A stretch of 64,000 nucleotides of DNA from the human T2T-CHM13v2.0 reference genome, Homo sapiens: NCBI RefSeq assembly GCF_009914755.1, contig NC_060947.1; one strand, written 5' to 3'. A program made the position numbers and the translations under genes. Under the pieces are notes generated by a model, which did not search any database, was not told where the DNA came from, and worked only from the letters and a program-made list of their open reading frames with translations. This document shows, piece after piece, positions 1 through 14,233 of this stretch (the stretch's first letter is position 1; every line of letters begins with the position of its first letter).

Positions 1-3000
1 CTGCATACAAAGATAATTTAGTTCCCCTCTTCCTGTTGGGATGCTCTTTATTTCTTTCTCTTGCCTGTTTGATCTGTCCGGAACTTCCAATACTATGTTC
101 AATAAAAGTGGTGAGAGAGGACATTCTTGTCTTGTACCGGTTGTAAGGGGAATGCTTTCAGCTTTTGCTTATATATATGTTATAGATGGCTCTTATTATT
201 TTGAGGTATGTTCCTTCATTATATAGTTTATTTAGAGTTTTTAACATAAAGGGATGTTGAATTTTATCAAAAGTGTTTTCTGTATCTATTGAGACAACTA
301 TGTGGTTTTGTCTTTAGTTCTGTTTATGTGACAAATAACATTTATTGATTTGCATATGTGAAACTAGCTTTGCATCCCAGAGATAAAGCCTACTTGATTA
401 TGGTGGATAAGCTTTTTGATGTGCAGCTGCATTTGGTTTGCCAGTATTTTATTAAGAATTTTTGCATCAATGTTCATCAAGTATATTGACTTGAGTATTA
501 TATTTTATTGTATTTCTGCCAGGTTTTGGTATCAAGATGATTCTGGCCTGATAGAATGAGTTAGGGAGGAGTCCTTCGTTTTCAATTTTTTGGAATAGTT
601 TCAGTAGAAATGGTGCTAGCTCTTCTTTGTACCTCTGGTAGAATTTGGCTGTGAATCTTTCTGGTTCTGGGCCTTTTTTGGTTGGTAGGCTAGTTATTAC
701 TGCCTCAATTTCAGAACTCGTTATTTGTCTATGCAGTGATTCATTTTCTTCCTGGTACATTTTTAGGAGGGTGTATGTGTTCAGAAATTTATTCATTTCA
801 TCTACATTTTCTAGTTTATGTGCATAGAGATGTTTATAGTATTCTGTGATGGTTGTTTGCATTTCTATGGAGTCAGTGGTGATCCCCTTTATCATTTCTG
901 ATTGTGTTTGCTTCTTCTCTCTTTTTTCTTTATTAGTCTAGCTAGTGGTATATCTATTTTATTAATTTTTTAAAAAATCAGCTTCTAGATTCATTGATTT
1001 TTTTGAAGGGCTTTTTGTGTCTCTATATCCTTCAGTTCAGCTCCGATCTTGGTTATTTCTTGTCTTCTGCTAGCTTTTGGGTCTGTTTGCTCTAGTTCTC
1101 TAGTTCTTTTAGTTGTGATGTTAGGTTGTTAACTTGAGATCTTTCTAGCTTTTTGATGTGGGCATTTAGTGCTATAAATTTCCCTCTTAACACTTTTTTA
1201 GCTGCATCCCAGAGATTCTGGTATGTTGCCTGTTTGTTCTCATTAGTTTCAAAGAACTTCTTGATTTCTGCCTTAATTTCATTATTTACCCCAGAGTCAT
1301 TCAGGAGCAGGTTGTTCAATTTCCATGTATTTGTGTGGTTTTGAGTGAATTCTTTAATCTTGAGTTCTAATTTGATTGTGCTGTGGTCTGAAAGACTGTT
1401 ATGATCCCAGTTTATTTGCATTTGCTCAGGAGTGTTTTACTTTAGATTATGTAATCATATTTAGATTAAGTGCCATGAGGCAATTAGAAGAATACTGTAT
1501 ATTTTGCTGTTTTCGGGTGGAGAGTTCTGTCGATATCAGATCCACTTCATCCAGAGCTGAGTTTAGGCCCTGAATATCTTTGTTAATTTTCTGTCTCATT
1601 GGTCTATCTTATATTGTCGGTGAGGTTTTAACTTCTTCCACTATTATTGTGAGGGAGTATAAGTTTTTTTGTAGGTCTCTAAGAACTTGCTTTATGAATC
1701 TGGGTACTCATGTATTGGTTGCATATATATTTAGGGTAGTTAGCTCTTCTTGCTGAATTGAACCTTTTACCATTAGGTAATGTCCCTGTTTGTCTTTTTT
1801 TTATCTTTGTTGGTTTAAAGTCTGTTTTCTAAGAAACTATGATTGTAACCCCTGTTTTTTTCTGTTTTTCATTTGCTTGGTAAATTTTTTTATTTCTTTA
1901 TTTTGAGCCTGTGTGTGTCTTTGCAGGTGAGATGGGTATCTTGAAGATAGCATACCAGTGGGTCTTGGTTCTTTATCCAGCTTGCTGCTCTGTGTTTTTT
2001 AACTGGGACAATTAGCTCATGTACCTTTACAGTTAGTATTGTTATGTGTGAATTTGAAACTTGTTTATGTAATTGCTTCATAGTGTCACTTGTCTGTGTA
2101 CAGCAGTGTGTTTCTGTAGTGGCTGGTAATGGTTTTTCTTTCCCATATTTAGTGCTTCCTTCAGGATCTCTTGCAAAGCAGGCCTGGTGGTGATGAATTC
2201 TTTCAGAATTTGCTTATCTGAAAAGCAGCTTTTTTCTCCTTTGCTTATGAAGCTTAGTTTGGCTAGATATGAAATTCTGGGTTAGAAATTTTTTCTTTAA
2301 AAATTTGAATAGTGGCCCCCAATCTCTTCTGGCTTGTAGGATATCCGCTGAGAGGTCTGCCGTTATTCTGGTGGGCTTCTAATTTTAGGTGACCTGAACT
2401 TTCTCCCTGGCTGTCATTAACACTTTTTCTTTCATTTTGACCTCAGAGAATCTGAGGATTATGTGTCTTGGGGTGGACCTTATCATGGAGTATCTTCCTG
2501 GGTTTCCCACAGTTCCTGAATTTTAATGTTAGCCTTTCTTGCTATGTTGGGGAAGTTCTTCTGGATGATATTCTGGAGTATGTTTTCCAATTTGCTTCCA
2601 TTCTCCCCATCTCTTTCAGGTACCCCAATCAGTCATAGGTTTGGTTTCATTACACAATCCCATGTTTCTCAAAGGTTTTGTCATTTCTTGTCATTCTTTA
2701 TTTCGTATTCTTGTCTGACTGTCTTATTTCAGAAAGATAGTCTTCAAGTTCTGAGATTCTTTCCTCCATCTCTTTTGCTATTGGTACTTGTGATTGCATT
2801 GTGAAATTCTTGTTGTCTGCTTTTTAGCTCTATCAGGGCCGGTTATATTCTTCTCTAAACTGGCTGTTCTGGCTATCAGCTCCTGTATTATTTGTCATGA
2901 TTCTTAGCTTTTTTGCAATGGGTTACAACATGCTCCTTTAGCGCGGTGAAGTTTGTTATTATCCACCTTCTAAAGCCTACTTCTGTGTATTCAGTCATCT

Positions 3001-4499
3001 CAGCCTCAGCCCACTTCTGTGCCCTTGCTGGACAGGTGTTACAGTCATTTGAAGGAGAAGAGGCACTCTGGTTTTTTTGAATTTTCAGCATTTTTGTGTT
3101 GATCATTTCTCATCTTTGTGGGCTTATCTACCTTCAATCTTTTAGTTTTCTGAACTTTGAATGGGGTTTTATGGGGACATTTTTGTTGTTGTTGTTGTTT
3201 TCTGTTTGTTTGTTTTTCTTTTAGCAGTCAGACCACTCTTCTGTAGGGCTGCTGTGGTTTGCTGGGGGTGCACTTGAGACCCCAGTTGCCTCATTTTTTT
3301 CCTGTACCTGGAGGTGACACCAGTGAAGGCTGTGAAAGAGCAAAGATGGCAACCTGTTCCTTCCTTTGGAAGCTTTGTACCAGGGCAGTATTGACCTGTT
3401 GCCAGCCTGAATGCACTTGTAGGAGGTGCCTGGAGACCCATTTTTGGAGGTCTCACCCAGTCAGCCGGAATGGGATCAGGGACCTGCTTAAGGAAGCAGT
3501 CTGGCAATTTTTTGGTAGAGCAGGTGTGCTATGTTGTGTTGGGAGGATTCTTTCTCTTCTGGACCATTTGGACTCTTCCAAAGCTCGCAAAATAGAACAG
3601 CTGAGTTCACAGAACTGCAGCGATGGTGACCGTCCCTCCCCCCGAAACTCTGTCCCAGGGAGAGATCAGAGCTCTGTTCATATAATCCTTGCTGGAGTGG
3701 TTGAAGCCCCCTCAGAGGGTCCCAGACCAGTGAAGAGGAATAGATTGGGGTCCCATTTAAAGAAGCAGTCTGGCCACAATCTGGCAAAGCAGCTGCGCTG
3801 CATTGTGTGGGAACCTCCCTCCTCCAGACCATTTGGATTCTGTAAAGCCAGCAGGCTGGAATGTATGCGTTTACTGAACCACAGAGAGGGTGGCCACCCC
3901 TTTCCCTGGGAACTTGGTCCCGTCTCAGGCAGACTCCAGCCTGCTGCCACTGGGTGGCTGGAATTCCAAGCCAGCGGATCTTAACTTTTGACGTGCTGTG
4001 GAAGTGGGGCCCACAGAACAATGCTGCTTGGCTCCCTGGATTCAGCCTCCTTTCTAGGGATATCTACAGATGGGGATCCCAGGGCCAGAGTATATTAAAC
4101 TCCTGGGTGTCTGTGTATGTTTTAGTGGCTGTTCTGCTGAGACTCCACACAGCTTTTTGTGTCAGACCCAAGGCTCTGATGGCATAGGCTCATGAGGGGA
4201 TCTCCTGATCTGCAGGTTGCAAAGATCCTTGGGAGAAGCATGGTTTCCCTGGCAGGGTAGCACAATCACTCACCACTTCCTTGGCTGGGGCTGGCAGTTC
4301 CTTTGGCTCCATGCCACTCGTGGTTGGGCCTTCACCCCACCCTGCTTTTCTTTGTTCTTCATGGGTGAAGTTGTTTGCCTAGTGAGTTTCAGTGTGAGAA
4401 CCTGGATATTTCAGTTGAAGATGCTGAATTCACTTGCCCCTTTCATTTTTCTCTGAGTGCTGTGGACTGCAGCTGCTTCTAATCAGCCATCTTGGCCCC
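1..4499 (-). mobile_element. Old primate LINE-1 (L1PA13-16/L1P4-like): 5'UTR, degenerate ORF1 and 5' part of ORF2; continues beyond the left edge
   Basis: Minus-strand ORF fragments match L1 ORF2 ([10 protein letters not shown]...KKFFETNEN; [16 protein letters not shown]; endonuclease start HITILTVKVHEL) and ORF1. The element ends in cagccatcttggcccc, the reverse complement of the L1 start GGGGCCAAGATGGC. Multiple stops and frameshifts. Confidence 0.93.
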
Positions 4500-5290
4500 A
4501 GGCCTTCTGTTGTTTTAACTGAACATTTTTTTATCATTCTCTTTCCTGTTTTCTTAACATATCAATTATAATTTTTAATTATTCTTTAGTGATTATAGTA
4601 GAGTTAGACATATACATTTAAAACTAATCCAAGTCCATTTTTGAAATAACACTATATCATGTCACAGGTAGTGTTATTATCTTGCAATAACAAAATATTC
4701 CTAATTCCTTCTTTCTATCCCTTTTATCATTGCTGTCATTAATTTCACTTATAATATATATGTTTATATGTTTTAATAATCAAGTACATTGTTATTATTT
4801 TGCAAAAACTGTTATTCATTAGATCAAAGTACAGAAAATTTTTAAAAATTATTTTCATTTATTCCTTCCGTAATGTTCTTTTTTTTTATGTAGATCTGAG
4901 TTTGTGACCTATATCATTTTCTTTCTTTGTGATAAACTTCTTTATTTTTTTGTTTGCTTTTGTAAGGAAGATCTACTGGCAACAATTGCCCTCAATTTTT
5001 TTTTTTGTCTAAGAAAGTATTTCTCCTTCACTTTTAAATTTACTTTTGAAGGAGAAATTGATAGGATACATAATTCTATGTTGGTGTTTTTGTTTTTGTT
5101 TTCTCAATATGTCAAATATTCCACTCCACTCTCTTCTTACTTGCATTGTTTCTTAGGAGGAGTTTGATGTAATTTGCATCTTTGTTTTCTTGTATGTCTG
5201 ATGTTTCTCTTTTTAATCTGACCTCTATCAAAATTTTTTCTTTATCTTTAATATTCTACAGTTTGACTATGACATGCCTAGTTGTAGTCA
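4500..5290 (-). mobile_element. Ancient L1M (L1MC/MD-like) ORF1/inter-ORF fragment, probably interrupted by the younger L1 on its left
   Basis: T-rich antisense L1M-like motifs (tagatctgagttt...tatcattttc; tctactggcaacaa...ctcaattt; tatttctccttcactttt; ccactctcttct). Confidence 0.65.
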
Positions 5291-5744
5291 AATTTAGTTT
5301 TTATGTCATTGTCTTCTACACCTGTGGAATAGGATATGAGGGTGGGGCTAAGGAGTTGTCTCACTGACTTGATGAGAAGGAAGCCCAAGGCTTATGAAAA
5401 AAAGTAGAAGCAGTAAGAATGAGTCATCACAGCAGCCTGTGAGACTCAAGGAATTCTGTATAAGAAGGATGGATAACGGTTCTCTAAGTAACAGCTATTA
5501 TAGGGACCAGAGTGTTACATAACCTATTACCTCAGGGAGACCAAGAGAAAGTAAAATGAGGTGTTACCTTTTATGAGACTAACTGTGCCTAGTTATGACT
5601 GATTTAGAGCAGCTAGACTTTAGGAGCAAAGTCACCCACATGAATCTCACCAATCAACTTAAATTATACTATTGTGTCAATTTAAATGTAGTGTGTGTAT
5701 GTGTTACTAAGTACAACTTACTATGTTGAACTTTATTAATTTGC

Positions 5745-6075
5745 TAATTCACAAAATATTTATTGAAAACTTACATGCTAGGTTTTGTTTTAGGTCCGAG
5801 GAATGCAATAATGAATAAAGCAAAACTACACATTATAGTTGGAAATGACAGATAATGAACAAGTAAATGAAATAAATCTTTATGAAATAAGTACTATGAA
5901 GAAAAATAAAGTCAAGGGAGGAATGAGAATGAATTTGTGATGTTCTTTCAATTTTGTTGGTCAGTCCTTTCTAATAAAGTGGTACTTGAACTTGAGTAGA
6001 TGCGTGGGCAAGTAATCTAAATAATGAGTGCTTTAGGTAGAGGGAACAGCCAGTACAAAGGTTCTGAAGCTGACT
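5745..6075 (-). mobile_element. L2 3'-end fragment
   Basis: attcacaaaatatttattga...ataagtactatgaagaaaaataaag...ggtagagggaacagccagtacaaagg resembles the L2a 3' end read antisense. Confidence 0.65.
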
Positions 6076-7024
6076 TTTAAGGCTTAGTCTGGCAAGGGAA
6101 TGTTGAAAGTTTTTTACTCATGTGTATTTGCTTGGGGGTTGACAGATCTCTAAAGGAGATAGTCCCTGGGAATATTTACGTCACATGAATGAAATATGAA
6201 ACAATACAGTGGTCAAGTTTAAATACAATACCGCACTTCATTTAGTGACTGTATTTTAGTCAATTCTAGATTGTTTTGGGAAATCTGATTGAGAAGAAAC
6301 ATGAAGGCAAATTTTGCTTTTAGACCAACTTTCTTACTCATTGCTCTTTTTATCTTCTCTGAGTCTAAACTTGGAATTGAATCATCCAATCTCTTTTACT
6401 TCTAGGAAAATTTTATAGTTCATACTCTTTTGCATCATATTTTTCATGGTAAAAGTTTCCAATAAAAAGGCAAATGTTGGCAAAAACCTCAAGTCAAAAG
6501 TCATTCTTCAATTTGACATTCATGATAGGAATTGTGTCCTAGATGAAGACCCTGTTAGTAATGTGAAAAGGTAACACGCTATCTGGAAATTAAAGCTGCT
6601 TCCCCAGTGTCAGGGGCTGATAAAATGTGATTAATGAAGGGGATAATGGACTTAAGAAATATAACAAAAGAGAACACTTGTCTTGGATGAGGCCTGTTTT
6701 TTGATGCATGCTAAGGGATACAATATTATCCATAATGGGACTTAATACTAAGTCATTACATGACTTCAAATAGTGATGATGTGGTCATGAAATAACACAG
6801 CATTTTTGTTCTCATTAAACACTCAATTTGTGTAAATAAGACATTATCATAGTGGGCTATGAAAATTGGTTTTATGTTCAAATATGTACCAAATAATTTA
6901 TAATGAAAAGTGCCAGATGTAGAATAAAAGGAAAAATTTATAAATATTCTTTGAGGATAAGTGTTAAATCAATTTGGGGAAGAATTGATCATGCAGAGGC
7001 ATTACTTATGATTTAAGAGCTTAA

Positions 7025-7260
7025 GTTGAACAATGAGAACACATGGACACAGGGAAGGGAATATCACATACTGTGGCCTGTCAGGGGGTGGAGGCTAGGG
7101 GAGGGATAGCATTAGGAGAAATACCTAATGTAGGTGACGAGTTGATAGGTGCAGCAAACCACCAGGGCACGTGTATACCCATGTAACAAAACTGCACGCT
7201 CTGCACATGTACCCCAGAACTTAAAGTATAATAAAAAACTTATTAAATTTTAAAGAAAAA
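7025..7260 (+). mobile_element. Severely 5'-truncated L1PA (L1PA7/8-like) 3'UTR with A-rich tail
   Basis: gttgaacaatgagaacacatggacac...gggagggatagcattaggagaaatacctaatgtag...agaacttaaagtataataaaaa. Confidence 0.92.
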
Positions 7261-10200
7261 ATAGAGATTAAACTATTTTAAACTAAAAACAAAAGAAGTG
7301 TTTTTAACAACAAATAATTTGTTTCAAGCTATGTAAACATTCTGAATATAAACATTTTCTTTCCACCTCAGACATGAAAAAATAGCATTCTATTTTGCTC
7401 TTCTATTGTTTTATATCACATTTTTTAAACCTATGACAAACTAGTTTCCATGTTAAGCCTAAGTTGTGCATTGGGACAGATATTTATAGAAGCTGCATGA
7501 ACAGTTGAAGACCATTAGAAGGCTCCTGGATGCTTCTCAAAAGCAATTTATAAAAGGGTTAATTATACTTTTGCAAGAACTTTGTTGCTTTAAAATGGTA
7601 TCAGACAGAATCCTTTCAGTTATTTAAACACAACCTTTGCGCACCCAGTTTGTACCTGGAACCATGTTTTAGGCTTTATCTGTTTGCTCATTTGAATGCT
7701 TGGGGATTCAAATGTATTTTACTAACTTCTAAGTTTGTATGACAAACTAATGTAGTAAATGACCTTTAACTTAGTAAACAACCTGAAATATTAAAGGTAA
7801 TTAGAATTTTCTTATTTCTTCTTTGTCACCTCTATTTTCTTAGATAATGTTTATTTTTACTTAAGGGATGAGAGGCCTGTAACTTTTCAGTTTACCAAAT
7901 CTAATGGTTAGCATGGCAATAATTTTGTAATGCAAACAGCTCTAAAATGTTAGTACGTGTGCAGACTGTTGCTATTAAGTAGAGTGTTTAGCATTTCTAT
8001 TCCCAAAATGAAGTTTCTTTACTCAAATTCTCTTTGATAAAGTAAAACAAATGCCATTAATGGGCTCTTGACTTTTTATAGGATTATGATTATTTTTGTT
8101 ATATTATTGATTACTTATTGCTAAACTACTATAAAATTGTCCAACCAGTGATTTTCAAAATGTGTTTCCACAACTAAATTGCTAATAAAGACTTAATTTG
8201 AACATCTAGTTTGCTCCCCCATTTATATTAACAACAAAGAATTTTTTCTCCTAGTTTTATAACAAATGATATTAGTTACTTAAAAATGAAAAAGGATCAA
8301 AAGCTGAAAACCTTAGCCTGCTTTTACTTGAATAGAACATGGTAGAAATTACTGTGATTTCTTAACAAAAAGCTTAAGAGAAACATAATTATTAGATTGG
8401 AAGGTATAACAATAATTTTAGCAAATATTTTGGAAAAAATGTGGCCTCTGAAATAGAAAAGGATTTCTACATGTTATCTCAGTATAGAATCCTCTTTTAT
8501 CTATATAAGAATACTACATTTCAAAATGTTATGTGTAAACAAATTATGCATGTTATGTTTAGAATATGTTTTCTCTGAACATTCACAAAAAGTGTTTCAT
8601 ATACTCTTATTATTAGTAGAATTAAATTCTATTGTAATAGAGATTACCTTTAAAACATATATTTGATTACACTACAGGTCAAATTTCATTTTTAGAAATA
8701 TAACCAATACATACTTTGAAAGTGAATAAATATACAATTATATGCAAGATCCTTTAGTGAGAACTTATACTCTTCGATTCTAACATATATAGCATATAAA
8801 ATTAGCTATTTTAAATATAAAGGTCTAAAATTTTTAGATTATGAATTATTCATTACTGGAATGTATTCTCCTTTTATGACCAACAAAACTTAGTGATCTA
8901 AAAGACTATAAATTTTTTCAAGAAATCACAACAAGGGAAATAGCCTATATTTGGCAGTAGGTAGTACATTAAGCAAGGAAACTTACAAGTGGGACTAGAA
9001 TAGTGTCACAATCTGAAAAACTGTATTCAAATTAGTAATTTTCAAGAAATTCATATGTAAAATTAAAAAAAAGTGAGACCCATGATGTTAACAAGACCCT
9101 TATTGCCTATTCCCAATACAATGATGTGTATAATTGCTAACATAATTGTAACGTGGCCTCATTATTGCTTGCCTTGCACAAATTGATAGAGACTGACTCT
9201 TTACAAGTCTAGCTCAACGTAAAACCTATTTTTAACTTTGTGAAATAACAAACAATAAACCCACCGAAATGCTTCAAGCAGTTATATATTAACACTTAAT
9301 TAAATGGCCTCACACTGTACCTATTTATGTTTTAAAAACCCATGAATTCCAGTGTAGTCTTTTAGTAACCTCCCTTTCCTTGAATGACTTGATAATGTGT
9401 GAGGAATAATTTGTGCATGTTCATCATTATATACCACCCAATTCAGAATACAAGAATTCAAGTGTTTGAGAGAAGCGCTTGTTAGCATATATTGATTAAG
9501 AAATCATAATTATTTAATTATTCTTTAGTGAATAAATTCTGAATGCTGTTAACTTATGTGTAATGTTCAACAAAATAGGATCAGTATACAAACCTTATAT
9601 CCACAGACTGTTGTATTGGGGGGTGGATTCTCATTCTGACTCTACCACCAACGTTTGGAAGAAGAAGAATGTTATGTAAATAAAAGTGTGGCAGAAAGAG
9701 ATTTTTTTCTTTATTTACTTATGGCTAGAAAAGCTTAATGATGTTTTAGAAGTGATATTACACCTCAGAAAAGGGGTAATGCATCTTTAAAAGCTAAACT
9801 ACACCTTCTTTACTTTTATCAAATTCTCTATAAATCTTTCAGACAGTTTATTTAACAAAGTGTCATTGAAACTGTATAGATGATTGATATGACCCATGTA
9901 AAATCAACATGAAATGTTTGTAAATGTCAGCAAAATGTGACCATCTAAAAGCATATAAAAATGGAGGTTCTGTGAAAGCAAAAAACAAACAGAAAAATGT
10001 TTATCTTATTCTTTGCTTTCTGATATGCTATTACAAATTCATAGAAGTATTGTGCTTTATTTTTTTGAAGTTCGTATCATCACAGGCCTAATTTGCTTTT
10101 GACATCTACTTTTTCAAAGCTTTGGTGTCTTATTCATTGGGTATATTTTCTCTGTTACCTGTGGAAAAAATATTATAGGCTCAGAACTTCTTAGCAAGAA

Positions 10201-11591
10201 GATAATTGTTTTGGAATGTATCAGCAGAACCTTGACCTGAAACTTTATGCACAAATTAAAGGAGACTATCAACAGAGAAATGTCACTGAAGGGTTACCAT
10301 CTACACTTGGATACAGAAAACCGTTGTTGGTTTTTTATTTACTTGAAAACCTTAATGATAAAAAACATGTGCTATAAGATACAGAATAAAAGAGAAGGAT
10401 GAAATAACAGATTCAACTACAAATATCATATAAGAACAACACCTTATTGCTCACTCTGAACTGAAGAGTTTCTTTATATTTCTCTTTGATGCATTTTTAT
10501 ATAAAACAAATATTATTGTTAGGCTAGAGCACATTCCTTCCTTGGGAATTACGTTGTACAAAGCAGAATGCATACAGTGAAATAAATGCAAATGATGATG
10601 GGAAATTAATAGTAGATAATAAAAAGCTAAAATTTGAAAATCTGTAGGTACTAGTAAAGTTTCCCTATTGAAATGAGGAAAATTTTACAGTTGGCAGGGG
10701 CAAGAGGTCTTGTACATACATTGTTCATCTAATTACACATTCTTCATTCCTTTTTGCAAATAATTGCAGGAGTCCACAATTACTGTGGAGAATTGCAGAA
10801 TACCTAATCATCAATACAGGCTGTTTTCTATCACAATGATTATATATATCTTTGCATAATATATATTTGGTGTTTGGATGCCCTGCTCATTCTTCAGAGC
10901 AGGTAGGAATGCTTGGTAATGGTACAACAAAACCATGACTAATTGGAAAACAACTATTTTAGATCCTCAAGTATACAAATTTCTCTCAGGAGTTATACCT
11001 ACCTTTGAGGAAGTCATGGCAAGATAAAACAATACAAGAAGCATCTTGGGATCAGTGCACATTTCTTTCCATTTTCTTTGCTGTCTGCATCTCTAGAATG
11101 GCACAATGATTAGTTATGTTCACAGTTATGACACTAAGTTATAGCAAGGTCTCTGGTCCTGTGATAAAGATCCTATTTTATTTATAAACTTATATTTATA
11201 AAAGTAGGAAATAGTTCTGACATATTTTGTAAAAATATTAAACCACAGGGCTTTGAGCATAATATAAATTGAAATTTTGGAACAGATTCTGATTGCAAAG
11301 CACTACGATAGAAACTAACCATAATATTCAATTCCATGAACATTCCTGTTAATTATTGTACTTTGAGAAAGAGGTTAGCTATTTTTCAACCTATTATGTA
11401 TGTATTATTATATTTTCTTGTATAAGATGATATTGAAAAAACTGTACTAAAATCATGAGAATATATGTAGGCACAGATTTAGTTTCTGCTTGTCCATTGA
11501 TTAATCTAGTAGGAGAAATAATTCATAAGTTTATATATTGATTATTCAAATAAAAAGTAAGACGTGTAAATGCCTTAAGATAGGTGTAGAA

Positions 11592-12935
11592 CATCTACAA
11601 CCACCTGATTTTCAACAAACCTGACAAAAACAAGCAATGGGGAAAGGATTCCCTATTTAATAAATGGTGCTGGAAAAAGTGACTAGCCGTATGAAGAAAA
11701 CTGAAACTGGACCCCTTCCTTACACCTTATACAAAAATTAACTCAAGATGGGTTAAAGACTTAAACGAAAAACCCCAAATCATAAAAACCCTAGAAGAAA
11801 ACCTGGGCAATACCATTCAGGACACAGGCATGGGCAAAGACTTCATGACTAAAACACCAAAAGCAATAATAACAAAAGCCAAAATTGACAAATAGGATCT
11901 AGTCAAACTAAAGAGCTTCTGCACAGCAAAAGAGACTATCATTAGAATGAACAGGCAACCTACAGAATGGGAGAAAATTTTTGCAATCTTTCCATGTGAC
12001 AAAGGTTTAATATCCAGAATCTACAAGGAACTTAAACAAATTTACAAGAAAAAAATAACTCCATCAAAAAGTGGGCAAAGGGTATAAACAGACCCTTCTC
12101 AAAAGAAGACAATTATGCGGCCAACAAACACGAAAAAAAACTTATCATCACTGGCTGTTAGAAAAATGCAAATCAAAACCACAATGAGATACCATCTCAC
12201 GCCAGTTAGAATGGCAATCATTAAAAAGTCAAGAAACAACAGATGCTGGAGAGGATGTGGAGAAATGGGAATGCTTTTACACTGTTGGTGGGAGTGTAAA
12301 TTAGTTCAACCATTGTAGAAGACAGTGTGGCAGCTCCTCAAGGATCTAAAACCAGAGATACCACTTGACCCAGTAATCCCAATACTGGGTATATACTCAA
12401 AGGATTATAAATCATTCTACTATAAAGACACACACACACGTATGTTTATTCTGGCACTATTCACAATAGCAAAGACTTGGAACCAACCCAAATGCCCATC
12501 AATTATAGACTAGATAAAGAAAACATGGCACATATACACCATGGAATACTATGCAGCCATAAAAAAGAATGAGTTCATGTCCTTTGCAGGGACATGGATG
12601 AAGCTGGAAGCCATGATTCTCAGCAAACTAACACAGGAACAGAAAACCAAACACCGCATGTTCTCACTCATAAGTGGGAGTTGAACCATGAAAACACATG
12701 GATACCGGGAAGGGAACATCACACACTAGGGCCTGTCAGGGGTTGTGGGTCAAGGGGAGGAAAAGCATTAGTACAAATACCTAATGCATGTGGGGCTTAA
12801 AACCTAGATGATGGGTTGATAGGTGCAGCAAACCACCATGGCACACGTATACCTATGTAACAAACCTGCATGTTCTGCACATGTATCCCATAACTTAAAG
12901 TAAAATAAAAAAAAATAAAAAATAAATATTCAAAA
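11592..12935 (+). mobile_element. 5'-truncated L1PA (L1PA8-10-like), ORF2 C-terminus plus 3'UTR, with 15-bp TSD
   Basis: ORF2 C-terminal peptide ([16 protein letters not shown]...[11 protein letters not shown]) and poly-A tail. TSD aagataggtgtagaa (11577-11591) / aagataagtgtagaa (12936-12950) at a TT|AAGA endonuclease site. Confidence 0.95.
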
Positions 12936-14233
12936 AAGATAAGTGTAGAAAAATATCTGAGGTAATAGGTATAGATATCATAAAAGGATGAGTAACTTTC
13001 AGCTGCTAAAAACAGGAAGACTTACACAGAAGAAAAATGACTGAAAGTCAGTCTCTCAATAAAAAAACACAAATCTATACTATTAAGAAAAGAACATAAC
13101 TGAACTCAATATTATACATTTTTCCTAAGTACCAATTTTGTACAACTCATAATTCAAAACTAAATAATGTTAGAATTTAGTTTGCGGTTTCTCTCTGTAA
13201 TAAAGTATATGAGTGACTTTTCTTTCTGCTTTTCCATGACAGTGTTTTTTAACAGTAGTTAAAATATTGAATTAAACTTGAAGTACAGTGAATCTTAAAA
13301 TTCAGAGACAAATACACAAATAGCAAAGTATTTGATAATGTCATAAAATTACACTAAATTTTAATTCACAAATGGGGATTTTTGTTAAACTTGGCACTCT
13401 TCTATCCTTTCAAAACAAACAAAAAAAGAAGTAGAGACAGAGATTTACGTGAATGCTAATGTCCAAAAAACAGACGAGTTACTTTTACTTCTTTTGCAAA
13501 CCCTTTGTCTTGATACAGTCTGGAATATTTGCATGTTTCCAGCAGCTTATCATTGAAAGGAGCCTGATGTGCCCACCATATCATGTTTAGATACTTGAAG
13601 TAGCCAAGACTAGAGCTTTGAACTTTTGACATTCCTAAGTAGTGGAGCTCACATCCAGATACCATAGCCTATGGCAGCTACTTAGAGGCTCTTTGGAGTA
13701 AGGGGCACCACATACAATGAAATTGAGTGGAATTTTGACAATCTGGAAAAGATGTACATATAATGTTGTGGAATATCAAGTTGATGACTCAGGTCTTCAA
13801 TGCCCTACGTTGAGCCTTACTGGCTTTTAAAAGATGGCTCAGAGTATTTATTACATCAGAAAGAGATCCCTCCTTTTAATCATAGTAGAGGGTTTGCATT
13901 AATATATTTGTTTTTTAATGCTTTTTCAAAATGGATGACCTGAAGAGTCTTGTAGTTGGAATTCTCCGTATAGTAGATTACAAATATGGATAATATGTTT
14001 GTTTTGCCTATATGCCATTGATTTTCTATACCATGACTCTTCAATGTAATCATGAAAACTTTGAAAGACTCACTTTATTTTGCTATTTTTTGGCAAGAAG
14101 ATTGCAGGTGTTCAAGACTATGCTATGTGATTTTTCATAGCTGTACAATCGATATGCAAACCTAACATTGTGGGTGAGATAAGTAGTGGGCTACATGTAT
14201 GAATTTTTTGGATAATAAAAGTGGGAAAGGTAC

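Noticed and set aside
467-3106. L1 ORF1/ORF2 peptides as functional genes
   Set aside because: Fragmented by many stops, frameshifts and deletions; the element is dead.
3445-3915. Divergent ~270-bp tandem duplication (gaagcagtctggc...gaccatttgga twice)
   Set aside because: The copies are highly diverged and lie within the old L1 5'UTR. It is probably a feature of the subfamily consensus rather than locus-specific.
3259-3984. 241-aa ORF (longest in the window) and overlapping ORFs
   Set aside because: It lies antisense within the GC-rich L1 5'UTR, has a non-ATG start and does not resemble any protein I know. Best explained as a chance ORF.
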